DNA of 64,000 bases. Source: Nitrosopumilus sp. GTDB taxonomy: Archaea > Thermoproteota > Nitrososphaeria > Nitrososphaerales > Nitrosopumilaceae. Made by a program: the position numbers and the translations under genes. Within the stretch, counting starts at the first letter, position 1. Each line of letters starts with the position of its first letter. This document shows, one piece after another, positions 39,005-47,791 of this stretch. Below the pieces are notes generated by a model. That model searched no databases, was not told the origin of the DNA, and worked only from the letters and a program-made list of their open reading frames with translations. The DNA lies in the NCBI GenBank assembly GCA_963662625.1, contig OY759726.1:352001-416000 (forward strand), read 5' to 3'.

Positions 39005-39378
39005 GCCAGGTAGGGCTCGTAGCACACCAGCTGCTCGGTAAACATCACCTGCCCCCGCGTTATCATGCGGAGCCGCTTTTTGAAGGACAGGTCTATCCTC
39101 GTCCTCCGCTCCAGCAGCCGTATCGCCTTCCCCGTGAGGCGGGAGCCCTTCTTGTCCCTATCAAACAGGATGATCACGCTCTCGTACCTCGCAACCGAGT
39201 CCGCAAAATCCACCATCCCGCCAAAACGGTTGAGCTGCAGGACCTTGCCGGAAAACCCCAGCCTTTGCAGCGCGCACGCGTCACGCTTGCCCTCCACGAC
39301 CACCGCGCTGCCCCGCATGGCGTTCAGGTGCGCGATGAACCCCCTCAGCTGGTCGATCTCGTGCTCCGTGACGCGCAT
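39001..39378 (-). CDS. Toprim domain protein
   Basis: VVVEGKRD and LFDRDKKG motifs. Confidence 0.85.
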   Translation of the reverse strand: MRVTEHEIDQLRGFIAHLNAMRGSAVVVEGKRDACALQRLGFSGKVLQLNRFGGMVDFADSVARYESVIILFDRDKKGSRLTGKAIRLLERRTRIDLSFKKRLRMITRGQVMFTEQLVCYEPYLA

Positions 39379-39427
39379 GTTGCGGTACCGGCTCGGACAT
39401 ATTAAGCGCTTTTGATAAGGAACCGCG

Positions 39428-40111
39428 ATGGCGGACGTCTTGCTGGTGCAGAACACCCGGGCGGAGGGATCCGGGCGCCTGGGCGAGCTGTTGCGGGGGG
39501 ACGGGTTCGACGTCCGCTCCGTGCACGCTAAGACCGAGAGGATCCCGGACTCGGGGCACTCCCTGGCGGTGATCCTGGGAGCCCCGGAAAGCGCCAACGG
39601 CCGGGCGGGGTACCTGCAGTCGGAGCAACGGCTGATCAGAAAGAGCGTGAGCGACGGCATCCCGGTCCTTGGCATATGCCTCGGCTCCCAGCTGATCGCA
39701 AAGGCGTTCGGGGCGGACGTCTACCGCGGGCCGAGGAAGGAGATCGGCTTTTACAGCGACCTGGAGGCAATCCCCGGCTCCCGGCTGTTCTCCGGGTTCG
39801 AGAACCCGTTTACCGTGTTCCACTGGCACGGCGACACGTTTGATCTTCCAGAGGGGGCGGTGCGCCTGGCGCGTTCCGGGCAGTACCAAAACCAGGCGTT
39901 CCGGATCGGCAGCGCGGTGGGGCTCCAGTTCCACCTGGAGGCAGACGGGAGGATGGTGAACGCGTGGCTTGACAGAACCGAAGACGCCCTGAGGCGGATC
40001 CCCGACGCAGACCCCGAAAGGATACGGTCGGAGATCGGCGAAAAGACCCCCGCCGTGATGGCCAACATGGAGAAGTTTTACGGCAACTTCAAGGCAGAGT
40101 TCGGGCTCTGA
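39428..40111 (+). CDS. Type 1 glutamine amidotransferase
   Basis: LGICLGSQ, HWHGDTF, GLQFHLE. Confidence 0.92.
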   Translation: MADVLLVQNTRAEGSGRLGELLRGDGFDVRSVHAKTERIPDSGHSLAVILGAPESANGRAGYLQSEQRLIRKSVSDGIPVLGICLGSQLIAKAFGADVYRGPRKEIGFYSDLEAIPGSRLFSGFENPFTVFHWHGDTFDLPEGAVRLARSGQYQNQAFRIGSAVGLQFHLEADGRMVNAWLDRTEDALRRIPDADPERIRSEIGEKTPAVMANMEKFYGNFKAEFGL

Positions 40112-40187
40112 CGGCGCGCCCCCGCCGGCATGGCGGGTCGCGCGGGCGCCCGGGCGGCCATCTGCGGCGCGGGCCTCCTTTGTGCAG

Positions 40188-40660
40188 TGTATGAAAAGCC
40201 GGTCCGCCAGCCATCAGTGCCCGCCCCCATCCGCCCGGGGCCGTTTTTCCTGATCGCGCCCGTGGCATTCTTGTCACGGAAGGCCCTCGGCGGGGCCTGG
40301 CAGTTGCCGGCGTCCGGGGAGAGGTGCAGCCTGTCCCCGTTGCAGTGCGCCACGTGCCCGGGCATGCTCCCGCGGTGCCATGCCCCGTCCCCCGCGCCCC
40401 GGAAGAGCCGCCCGGCCTTCCCGCTGGCCTGGGGGCCGCGCGGCCCGGAGCTTGCGGGCCCGGCGCCCCGGCCGGGGGCCCCGCCCCGGACGCGGCGGGC
40501 CTCCGCGGCCGGGGAGGGGCCTTCCCGCGGCCGCTCCGGCCCACGGGGCACGGGCCGTTGCCGGGGGGCACGGTCGCATGCGTGCCGAACCGCCCGGTCG
40601 CGTCCCCGGGCGCCGGCACAGCGTCCCCCGGCGCGGCCTGCGCGGGCACGCGCGCCGCGG
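40188..40660 (-). mobile_element. Degenerate IS481-like (integrase core) transposase 3' remnant
   Basis: GRFGTHATVPPGNGPCP resembles FGxPxxILSDNGSxF; HCNGDRLHLSP..CQAP resembles YNxxRxHxSL..xTP; TGTATGAAAAG end at 40188. Confidence 0.65.
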
Positions 40661-41135
40661 CCGCATGACCAAGGCGGGGGCCCCGCCGGTGCGGCATCTG
40701 CCGGCGGGGGCGGCGACGGTGCACGTGGCCGTGGCGGCCAGAAGGGGGCCTCCCGCCCCGACCGGCGCGTCTTGCCACGGGACTGCAGGGAAGCGCGGGG
40801 GTTCCAAGGCAAGGGCGGCGGCTGCCGCCAAGATGCCGGGGATCGCGCCCTGGATGCCGAAGGAGGGGACTGGCCCTGGGGCGTGCCCGGCGGGGGCAGG
40901 AAGTGCACGGAGCGCGGGGAGGAGCGCGGGGCATGAACGCGGGCCACATCATGGCCAGGGGCTTGTGCGTTTGAACCATGGGGTTCGATGCCCGACCCAG
41001 CAGCTACACCCAGGCCCTGACGAATGGATGGAGATGGTGCTGGGATTCGATGCCCGAATGGACACGTGTCCGCACCATCCCTTGGAAACGGACGCCGCCC
41101 AGCGTGAGCCATGCCCTGACGCATGAAAGCGGCCG
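40656..41135 (+). mobile_element. Degenerate IS110-family C-terminal remnant plus non-coding right end
   Basis: RGRMTKAGAPPVRHLPAGAA...KRGGSKARAAAAAKMPGIAPWMPKEG resembles GRITKxGxxxxRxLLxEAA...KRGxxKAxVAxAxKxxxIxxxMLK. Confidence 0.65.
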
Positions 41136-41178
41136 CCATATTTATTAAGATTGCACACAGGCAGTTATAGAACTAATA

Positions 41179-41748
41179 ATGACTTGGAAAAATTCAAAAC
41201 AGACACTGCCTGTAATATTTACAATTACAGCTCTTCTAATCGCAATCCCTGGAATCGCATATGCAAATACAGAACCTTGGACTTGGCCATCAGCTGATCA
41301 ACATTATCTGTGCACATCATCTGTGCCAAATATTACCCATACATCAAATGTTAATCCATGTGGTGACTTGAACAGTTCATCTAATGTTTGGGAAGCAGGC
41401 TCAGGTAACTCTTGGGATCTTGATCCATCTAGTAGTGGTTGGCCAGTATATGCATGGAGTCTTCCATCTGGAACTGGAGGCGAAACATATGTGGCATACA
41501 ACTCTAGTGGTGAAGCACGTTATGCATGGATAGTTATGAACAAAAATTTGTCTTGGGAAGATTCCAATAAAGACTGGTGGACTAGTGGTTATGACTGGAG
41601 AACCTTTACTGGTCATGAGTTTGGCCATCTGGCAGGAATATCTCATACATCAAATAGTAATTCCATAATGTATGATTCAAGAGGACCTAATGACGCAGAA
41701 CGCAGCCCCCCACAACATGAAATAAACCACATGAAGGACAAGTATTGA
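41179..41748 (+). CDS. Secreted matrixin-like (metzincin) zinc metallopeptidase, AT-rich
   Basis: Signal peptide (..IAYA), HEFGHLAGISH, Met-turn SIMY. Confidence 0.85.
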   Translation: MTWKNSKQTLPVIFTITALLIAIPGIAYANTEPWTWPSADQHYLCTSSVPNITHTSNVNPCGDLNSSSNVWEAGSGNSWDLDPSSSGWPVYAWSLPSGTGGETYVAYNSSGEARYAWIVMNKNLSWEDSNKDWWTSGYDWRTFTGHEFGHLAGISHTSNSNSIMYDSRGPNDAERSPPQHEINHMKDKY

Positions 41749-42314
41749 AGATGATTAACAAAGTTATATTTTCAATATTGGTGATTGCCGTTGCAAGCAT
41801 CTCATTTACTGCTTTGTTAACCAATCAGGATAAAGAGATGAATGTACAAGAAGAGATTACAATTCAGAAAATGAGCTCCTATATTGCAACTGATGTTGAT
41901 GAAATAAAAGCTCTGTCGACTGTAATTTTGGAGGGAAGAGTTATTGACAAATATGTTGTGATGGAGTCAAGAGACGAATTTGGAAAGTTTGTAGATAACG
42001 ATTCAAGCTTGGCAGCAGTAACATATCCTAACATCATATATGAAGTCAAAACAATGGTAAATTACAAGGGCGCTGAGCAAGACAGCATATTGTTGCAAAT
42101 TCCAGGCGGAACAATGAATGGAATTACTGTTACCTCAGACCATGTTGAATATGCAGTTGGAGATATTGTTGTTGTCTTAGTTGATGGGCCATTTGAAAAT
42201 GGATATTATCAACCAACATCTGGCCCACACTCTATATTCAAAATAGACGGTGATTTGGCATCTACGGTTAGAGGCAGCTTGAATGCCGACCAACTAAAGG
42301 ACTCACTAGACTAG
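41745..42314 (+). CDS. Membrane-anchored/secreted hypothetical protein coupled to the peptidase
   Basis: TTGA overlap; N-terminal TM; ILEGRV, QIPGG, VGDIVVV beta-rich domain. Confidence 0.8.
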   Translation: MKMINKVIFSILVIAVASISFTALLTNQDKEMNVQEEITIQKMSSYIATDVDEIKALSTVILEGRVIDKYVVMESRDEFGKFVDNDSSLAAVTYPNIIYEVKTMVNYKGAEQDSILLQIPGGTMNGITVTSDHVEYAVGDIVVVLVDGPFENGYYQPTSGPHSIFKIDGDLASTVRGSLNADQLKDSLD

Positions 42315-42346
42315 AGTGACGCTCATAAATAATTTCCTCCCTGAGA

Positions 42347-43661
42347 CAGTTAAGCGAAATGTACCCGATCCTGCCCCCTCATGGCGGGGGCTTGGGCTCC
42401 AGTATCCTGGCCGACTCCAACTGGCAGGCGAACGCCCGCTGGGCCGTCACGCCGTTCCCGCAACCCCTTCCAGAAAGGACGGCCCGCACCACCACCCACT
42501 CGTTGTACGCCAGCAGCGAGTAGCAGGGGCACGGCATGCGGGCCCCCTCGTCGGCGACCCTAGTCTTGGCCCCCATGGGCCCTGTAACCCTGTACGACGT
42601 CCCGGTGCCCCGCCTGCGCGGGTACCCCCTTGCGCTGGCTGCGGGACGGTTGGTCGCAAACCCGACGTGCCGCTCCTCAGGGACGGGGGGATCGTCGCAC
42701 TTCTTCCTCTCCTCGATCTTGACGTGGTACCCCGCGGAGTTCCGCCCCCCGGCCGCCGCCGGGGACACGCCGGGCCTGGCGTTGCGCGCGGACTCCCGCA
42801 GCGCGGCCACCGCGTTGCCGGTGTTCCTGCACGGCACGGGGTACCCGGTGCGGGCCCTGCCCGGCGCCCTGACCGTCCCCGCCGCGAGGGACTCCCTGCT
42901 CGGCAGGACGGGGCCGGGCCCGATTCCGGCGTCCCGGACAGACCGCAGCGCCCTTTCGACGAAACCGGGCACGGAACCGGACATGCTCGCGCGGTACGCG
43001 CCCAAAACCAGCGGGTACCTGCCCCCGACGCACCGGGCCGCGGCGTGCCTCCCGGACAGCCTGGTTCCGTTCTTGCTCCCGGGGCGGGTCAGCCCGGGCC
43101 CCGGCGCGGAACCGTGGCGCGGTATCAGGTGCATGCCGGTGGCGACGGGGGGCTTGCGGGGCAGCCTTCCGGCCCTTTTGGGCGCGGCCGCTTGCCTCCC
43201 CACGGCGCCGCCGAGGGCATCCTGGATCCCGGCGCCGCCGGCCCCCCGGGCGCCAAGGCGGACCGCCTGCCCGGGGGGGCCGCCCTGCTGTGCACGGCCT
43301 TGGCCGCGTTGGCGCACCCCCCGACCTGGTGCGGGACAGGACCGGGGAGCGGTGCCACTGTGCACGGCCTTGGCCGCGTTGGCGCACCCCCCGACCGACG
43401 AGTCCCGGAGCGCGGCCCCAAGCATGCCCCGGCTGGGGGCGCCCGCTCCAAACACGGCGTTGCGGCCCGCTGGCCGCATGAGCTGGGCCAGGAACCCGCG
43501 CATGCCTGCGACGACACCCTGATATAGGCGGGGGTCGTTCACCATGTCGCGGCCCTGGCGGGTCTTGTTTCGAGACAATCCAAGTCTTGTCGGGGCCCAT
43601 CCCCTGTTGATCTGTTTGGAATTGCGAGAGTTGACTATTTGGTCTACTTTTCGCTTAACTG
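42347..43661 (-). mobile_element. Nested degenerate ISH3-family element (1315 bp) with 6-bp TSD CTGAGA
   Basis: TIR CAGTTAAGCGAAATGTA / TACTTTTCGCTTAACTG; CTGAGA at 42341-42346 and 43662-43667; YPRRRGTGTSYR is a decayed YxxRWGIETxYR. Confidence 0.9.
43288..43396. repeat. 39-bp direct repeat enclosing a 31-bp unique insert
   Basis: CTGTGCACGGCCTTGGCCGCGTTGGCGCACCCCCCGACC at 43288-43326 and 43358-43396. Confidence 0.93.
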
Positions 43662-44381
43662 CTGAGAGGGGGCACTGCAGAAAAGCCTGTTGATCACCGG
43701 ATCGCCGAACCATCCACGGGCGGGACCGACAGGAAACCGCGGGACCTGACGGAGGCCATGCGCGCAGAGAGGGACGCCAGGATCCGCAACAGGACGGTGG
43801 CAGTGCGCGGGGTGCCCGGCGGATACCCCGCGAGGGACGCCGCGTACTTCGTAGACGTAGAACAGCGCACAGTCCGCCCGTGGGCGGGACGGTCCGGCAC
43901 CGGCGGCCTCCGGGACATTCCCGGCAGGGGAAGGAACCCGCGCGTCCGGTACGGCCCCATGGGCAGGCTTGCCGGCAGGCTCGGCCGCATGGGCATGCCC
44001 GCGCCGAGGAAGCTCCGCAACAGGGTGCGCGGGGTGCCCGGGCGCGCGCACGTCCCGTGCAGCGTGCGCAGGATCATGAGGGAACTGGGGTTCTCCCCCA
44101 AGAGGCCCGCCACCAAATATGCAGCTGCCGCAGGCGACGACGCGGTGCGGCGGCTGCGGGCCTGCGCCGCAGGCGCGATTCTGCGCGCAAGGAGGCGCAA
44201 GACGGCGACAGTGGTGCAGGACGGGCCCGCCTTCGTCAGGATGGGCACCAACGGCCGGAGGCTGTGGTCCCGCGTAGGGGAGGGGGCCGCCGCCGGCAGG
44301 CCCGGCAGGAGGGACAGGGCAGCCGCGTGCGGCTCCCTCGCGGCCGACGGGACGGGGCCGGTGCGGCCGTGCGGCAGGCCC

Positions 44382-44492
44382 GGTGGGGACACCTTCCTGG
44401 CGTACCCCAGGGAGATCCATGAGGCTGTGACATGAGGTGCGTGATCTGCCGGAGGGGTGGGGACACCTTCCTGGCGTACCCCAGGGAGATCC
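44382..44492. repeat. 37-bp direct repeat enclosing a 37-bp unique insert
   Basis: GGTGGGGACACCTTCCTGGCGTACCCCAGGGAGATCC at 44382-44418 and 44456-44492; single copy in IS630 copy B. Confidence 0.95.
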
Positions 44493-44811
44493 GGCGCAAG
44501 CGGGGGCGCGCGCCGGTGGCAGCGGGCAACGCGGGGCAGCACGGGACGGCGGACGCGGGGGAATGCCTGCGGGACCGCCGAGAGATCGAGGCACTGTACC
44601 TTCCCACCGCCACGCCGAAGCCCGGCGCGGCGGGGGCCGTGTGGAAGGAGGCAAAGCACGGGCGGGTCACGTCCAGGCACCACGGGACGCTGGACGGCTT
44701 GAGGCGCTCAGTCTCGGAGTATTTCAGGACGTGCCCGATCAGGGCGGGCACCTGCAAGTTCCTGTACCGTTCCATATGAGGGGAAATTTTCAATAATCGT
44801 CACTATAGGCC

Positions 44812-44830
44812 CTTTTTTCTTTTTTTATTT
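44812..44830 (+). terminator. Oligo-T terminator, originally directly after the 41745-42314 gene
   Basis: CTTTTTTCTTTTTTTATTT follows the regenerated TAG after IS630 copy A. Confidence 0.55.
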
Positions 44831-44845
44831 AAGTAATCTAGAATA

Positions 44846-45500
44846 TAGCTTGGTGCGTAACTGCCAGAAATTGCCGGGTCTAATCAGTTAACCCATAGCA
44901 CAACCATGCCAAACCGAAAAGGCCTTGGATCGCGGCCGCGCACCGTGCCCGTTGGCCGCAACCGACAACGGGAAGTGCGCCAGGCGCGGGCGGGGCCTGG
45001 CGGTGCCGCATGACCCCGGCCGGGGGGCGGCCTGAGGGAGGCCAACGCAGGCAAGGAGGGCGCCCCGTTCAGGTACGCCGGGGCGCTGGTCATGGCGGCG
45101 GCCGCGCTGGGGACCGCGTGGGGGATCCGGTACAGGCAGCTGTCCGGGCTCCTCGCGGGGATGCTGGGGGGGCGCGGCGCGGGGCGGTGCGGGACCGGCC
45201 GGGGGGCGGCCCGGAGGCGCGCGCCGGCAGGGTGGGCACGGAGGAGAGGGAGGAGAACGTCCGGTACCGGGAGGCCAGGAAGGGGCACGGCAGGAGGTGG
45301 CTGACCGGGATAACCATGTCGGCGTTCAAGAGGATGTTCGGCGACCACGCGCGCTCGCGCAAGTGGGAGAACATCGTGCAGGAGGCAAGGCTCAGGATGG
45401 CCCAGTACAACCGGTGGGCGGGTGAGGCGGGGGCGTAGGGACTCCAAGCGGCACGGCCTGGCCACGGCCCGGGGATCGTGCCGAGTTGTGCAACAGACTA
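44846..45500 (+). mobile_element. Internally deleted IS5-family (IS903-like) element, 655 bp, 8-bp TSD CTAGAATA
   Basis: TSD at 44838-44845 and 45501-45508; imperfect TIR TAGCTTGGTGCGTAACT / TAGTCTGTTGCACAACT; fragments NAGKEGAPFRY..YRQLSG and GRRWLTGITMSAFKRMFG..YNR. Confidence 0.8.
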
Positions 45501-45544
45501 CTAGAATAGTAAAGGGTAAAGCATAGTATGTCATAATAGGTATA

Positions 45545-46435
45545 ATGACTGGAAAAAAGACAATCATAATTGCTTCATTGATTGCTGCAGTGTTAATCCC
45601 ACTATCACTACAAGTAGGAAGTGCTGACCAAAACACTCAGGCTCAAAATGTAAAACAACTGTTTGCAGATGTCGACCAAGAGATTAGACAGTATGTAAAC
45701 GGAGATATGAAAAACCCTGAAGACAAAAAAGCACAACTAATTGAAAAGTATTCAAACAATCTTGAGGCAATAATCAATACCATAACAATTCATGACAACT
45801 TACAATTTGACTCTGAAGTAGAGGGAATAAAAGAGTTGATTATCTCAGAACACATGAGTGAGGTAAATAGACAGAAAATAATCTCCCAAATCCCTGATGA
45901 TGCCATTACAGAAACTATAGAGGTAGAACCTGATTTATCCAAACAAGGGGTATTTGAGCTGCCAAAGGCATATGCTGCCGGAAATCCATACCCAATAAAC
46001 ACATGGAAACAAGTAACCCATGACAGAACAGGCGGTTCTGGTACTGACAGTTCTGGTAACTCTTACAACATCAATGGCAACAATCACTTTACCTCACTAT
46101 CAACCTCATATACATCATCCAAAGTAACATACACTTTGACATTCAAAGATGAAGACCACCCAAATCCATTCTGGGATAAATTTTGGGATAATTGGAGACA
46201 GATTCAGTATGGTAGGACCACTGATATCGAATCCTTCACAGTTGATTCTAATGGGGTAAAGTTTCCAGGAATTTGGGATAATGACAAGACGTTTGCAGAG
46301 TTTATGGGTCAACATGGTACAAAAACCAGATCATACTATTCGGGAATGAGTATCTATGTTAGTAATGTCTGGAATCATGCTATGGATACAACCAATGAAA
46401 ACCCTGGAATGTCAATTACAACATTGACTACATAA
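45545..46435 (+). CDS. Secreted hypothetical protein (296 aa), AT-rich
   Basis: Signal peptide; acidic helical N-half; second AYA site; C-half with FKDEDHP, GRTTDIESF, VWNHA; oligo-T follows. Confidence 0.82.
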   Translation: MTGKKTIIIASLIAAVLIPLSLQVGSADQNTQAQNVKQLFADVDQEIRQYVNGDMKNPEDKKAQLIEKYSNNLEAIINTITIHDNLQFDSEVEGIKELIISEHMSEVNRQKIISQIPDDAITETIEVEPDLSKQGVFELPKAYAAGNPYPINTWKQVTHDRTGGSGTDSSGNSYNINGNNHFTSLSTSYTSSKVTYTLTFKDEDHPNPFWDKFWDNWRQIQYGRTTDIESFTVDSNGVKFPGIWDNDKTFAEFMGQHGTKTRSYYSGMSIYVSNVWNHAMDTTNENPGMSITTLTT

Positions 46436-46498
46436 CCTTTTTATTTTTTTAAAAATATGAATGAAAAACCACTAGTTGCTAAATTTAACATCTATGTA

Positions 46499-47591
46499 TA
46501 GCAACGCGCATAAATTCATGAGACCAATTTTGTCAGGCCAAAACACATTTTGATCGCGGCGTCCCACGCAAGCCATGGCCACAACCACGCCGGAAGATCC
46601 CTGGGAGGCGTACAAAAAAGAGAAGGGCCCAAGGGTGATCAAGGGGATGGCCGCGGCGAGCATGGTGTGCATGAACGATGAAAGCGTCCAACACACGGCA
46701 GACTCCATCATGCAGTGCCCCGACCGGGTGTCGTTCCGGGCGGGACACCTCGGGGAGGGCGGCACCGGTGCCCCCCCTGGAACCTTCCCAAGGGCGGGAG
46801 GCCTCCAAAGGCCAGGCTTGAGGAGATCCAGGGCATGCCGGGCGGCACGGGCGGCACTGCCACCCCGGCGGGGCCCCACGACGACATGCGGAGAACGCCG
46901 GGCGCGGCATACCGCGTCGCGTAGGCCGGGAGGATCATAGGGAACACCGGCCTGTCCCCCAAGGCGCCGCAGCGCGCCCGCGCCGGCAAGGCGGCCCGGG
47001 CGGGACACGCGGGCGGCAGAAGAGGGCAAGGGGGAAGATCCCGCGCCGGGAAGGGCAGGATCTTGCCACGGTAATGCCGGGCGGGGTGTCTGCACACACG
47101 ACCCGGCGGCCGGGAGGAGGTGCCGGTCCCCCGGGGGCGGACGGATCGTCGTGGGGGGCACGACGGCAACCGCTGCAAGACGGTGGCGTACGGGGCGCCG
47201 GCAGCTGGCGGGCGCAGGCACTTCCGCGTTCACGACAGGTCCGGCAGGGACAAGTTCCTGCCGTGCCCCAAGGGGCCGCGCCGACGCTTCGGGAGGGTGC
47301 ACGCAATGATGGACGGCGCGTCGCCCCACGCTGCCGGGGCCGTGAAAAGATACGTCCCGCGCAGCCCCGGCACGGGGGCCGTGTGCCTCTTCGCCGCCAC
47401 GCCGAAGCCGGACGCCACGGGGGAACACTGGCGCAGGCCAAGGCGCGGCACCCGGTGCCGGGCATTGCAGGACGTTCGGGGAGGCGTGGCGCACCCTGTC
47501 CGAATGCCCAGGGACGTCCCACGCCAACCTGGGCGTTATGGGGCACACCGGCAGGAAATCCTTGGCGCTCAAGAACTTTTGAGCGTTGCTA
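46499..47591 (+). mobile_element. Degenerate IS630-family element of a second subfamily
   Basis: TIR TAGCAACGCGCATAAATTCATGAG / TAGCAACGCTCAAAAGTTCTTGAG; AYKKEKGPRV, MMDGASPH, ATPKP fragments; frameshifts; TSD TA on left, TG on right. Confidence 0.85.
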
Positions 47592-47730
47592 TGCTAGAGT
47601 TAGACGGTAAAATTGTAGGCAGGATGGATATCCCACAAGGAGATCTTAGTCTTTCTCATGATGATATAATTAAAATTTTAAAGCAGCAAATCAAAACACA
47701 ACTAAAATTAAAAGAAGGGCATGAGAACAA

Positions 47731-47782
47731 CCACAAGAATCATGATAAAAAATACCACAAGAATCATGATAAAAAATACCAC
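47731..47782 (+). repeat. 24-bp tandem duplication CCACAAGAATCATGATAAAAAATA
   Basis: Read directly. Confidence 0.9.
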
Positions 47783-47791
47783 TAGAAAAAA

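Larger units (their letters stand above)
42314..44805 (+). mobile_element. IS630-family element copy A (degenerate), inserted at TA of a stop codon, carrying a nested ISH3
   Basis: Ends identical to copy B (GAGTGACGCTCATAAATAATTTCC / GGAAATTTTCAATAATCGTCACTA); TA at 42312-42313 and 44806-44807; start ATG is ACG. Confidence 0.9.
46457..47785 (+). pseudogene. Small 77-aa gene with His/Lys-rich tail, split by an IS630-family element
   Basis: Joining 46457-46498 to 47594-47785 restores one frame: MNEKPLVAKFNIYVLELDGKIVGRMDIP...HKNHDKKYHKNHDKKYH*. Confidence 0.72.

Noticed and set aside
40979-41057. GGGTTCGATGCCC as a tRNA T-arm or attachment-site remnant
   Set aside because: No acceptor stem, D-arm or CCA context, and no match to the tRNA-Ser here.
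44419-44455. Insert as sequencing adapter or mate-pair junction
   Set aside because: Does not match the Nextera or TruSeq adapter sequences I know; read-level confirmation is still needed.
43288-44492. True CRISPR array
   Set aside because: Each scar has only two repeats, the repeats are transposase coding sequence and differ from each other, and there is no leader or cas gene; kept only as possible ectopic integrations.
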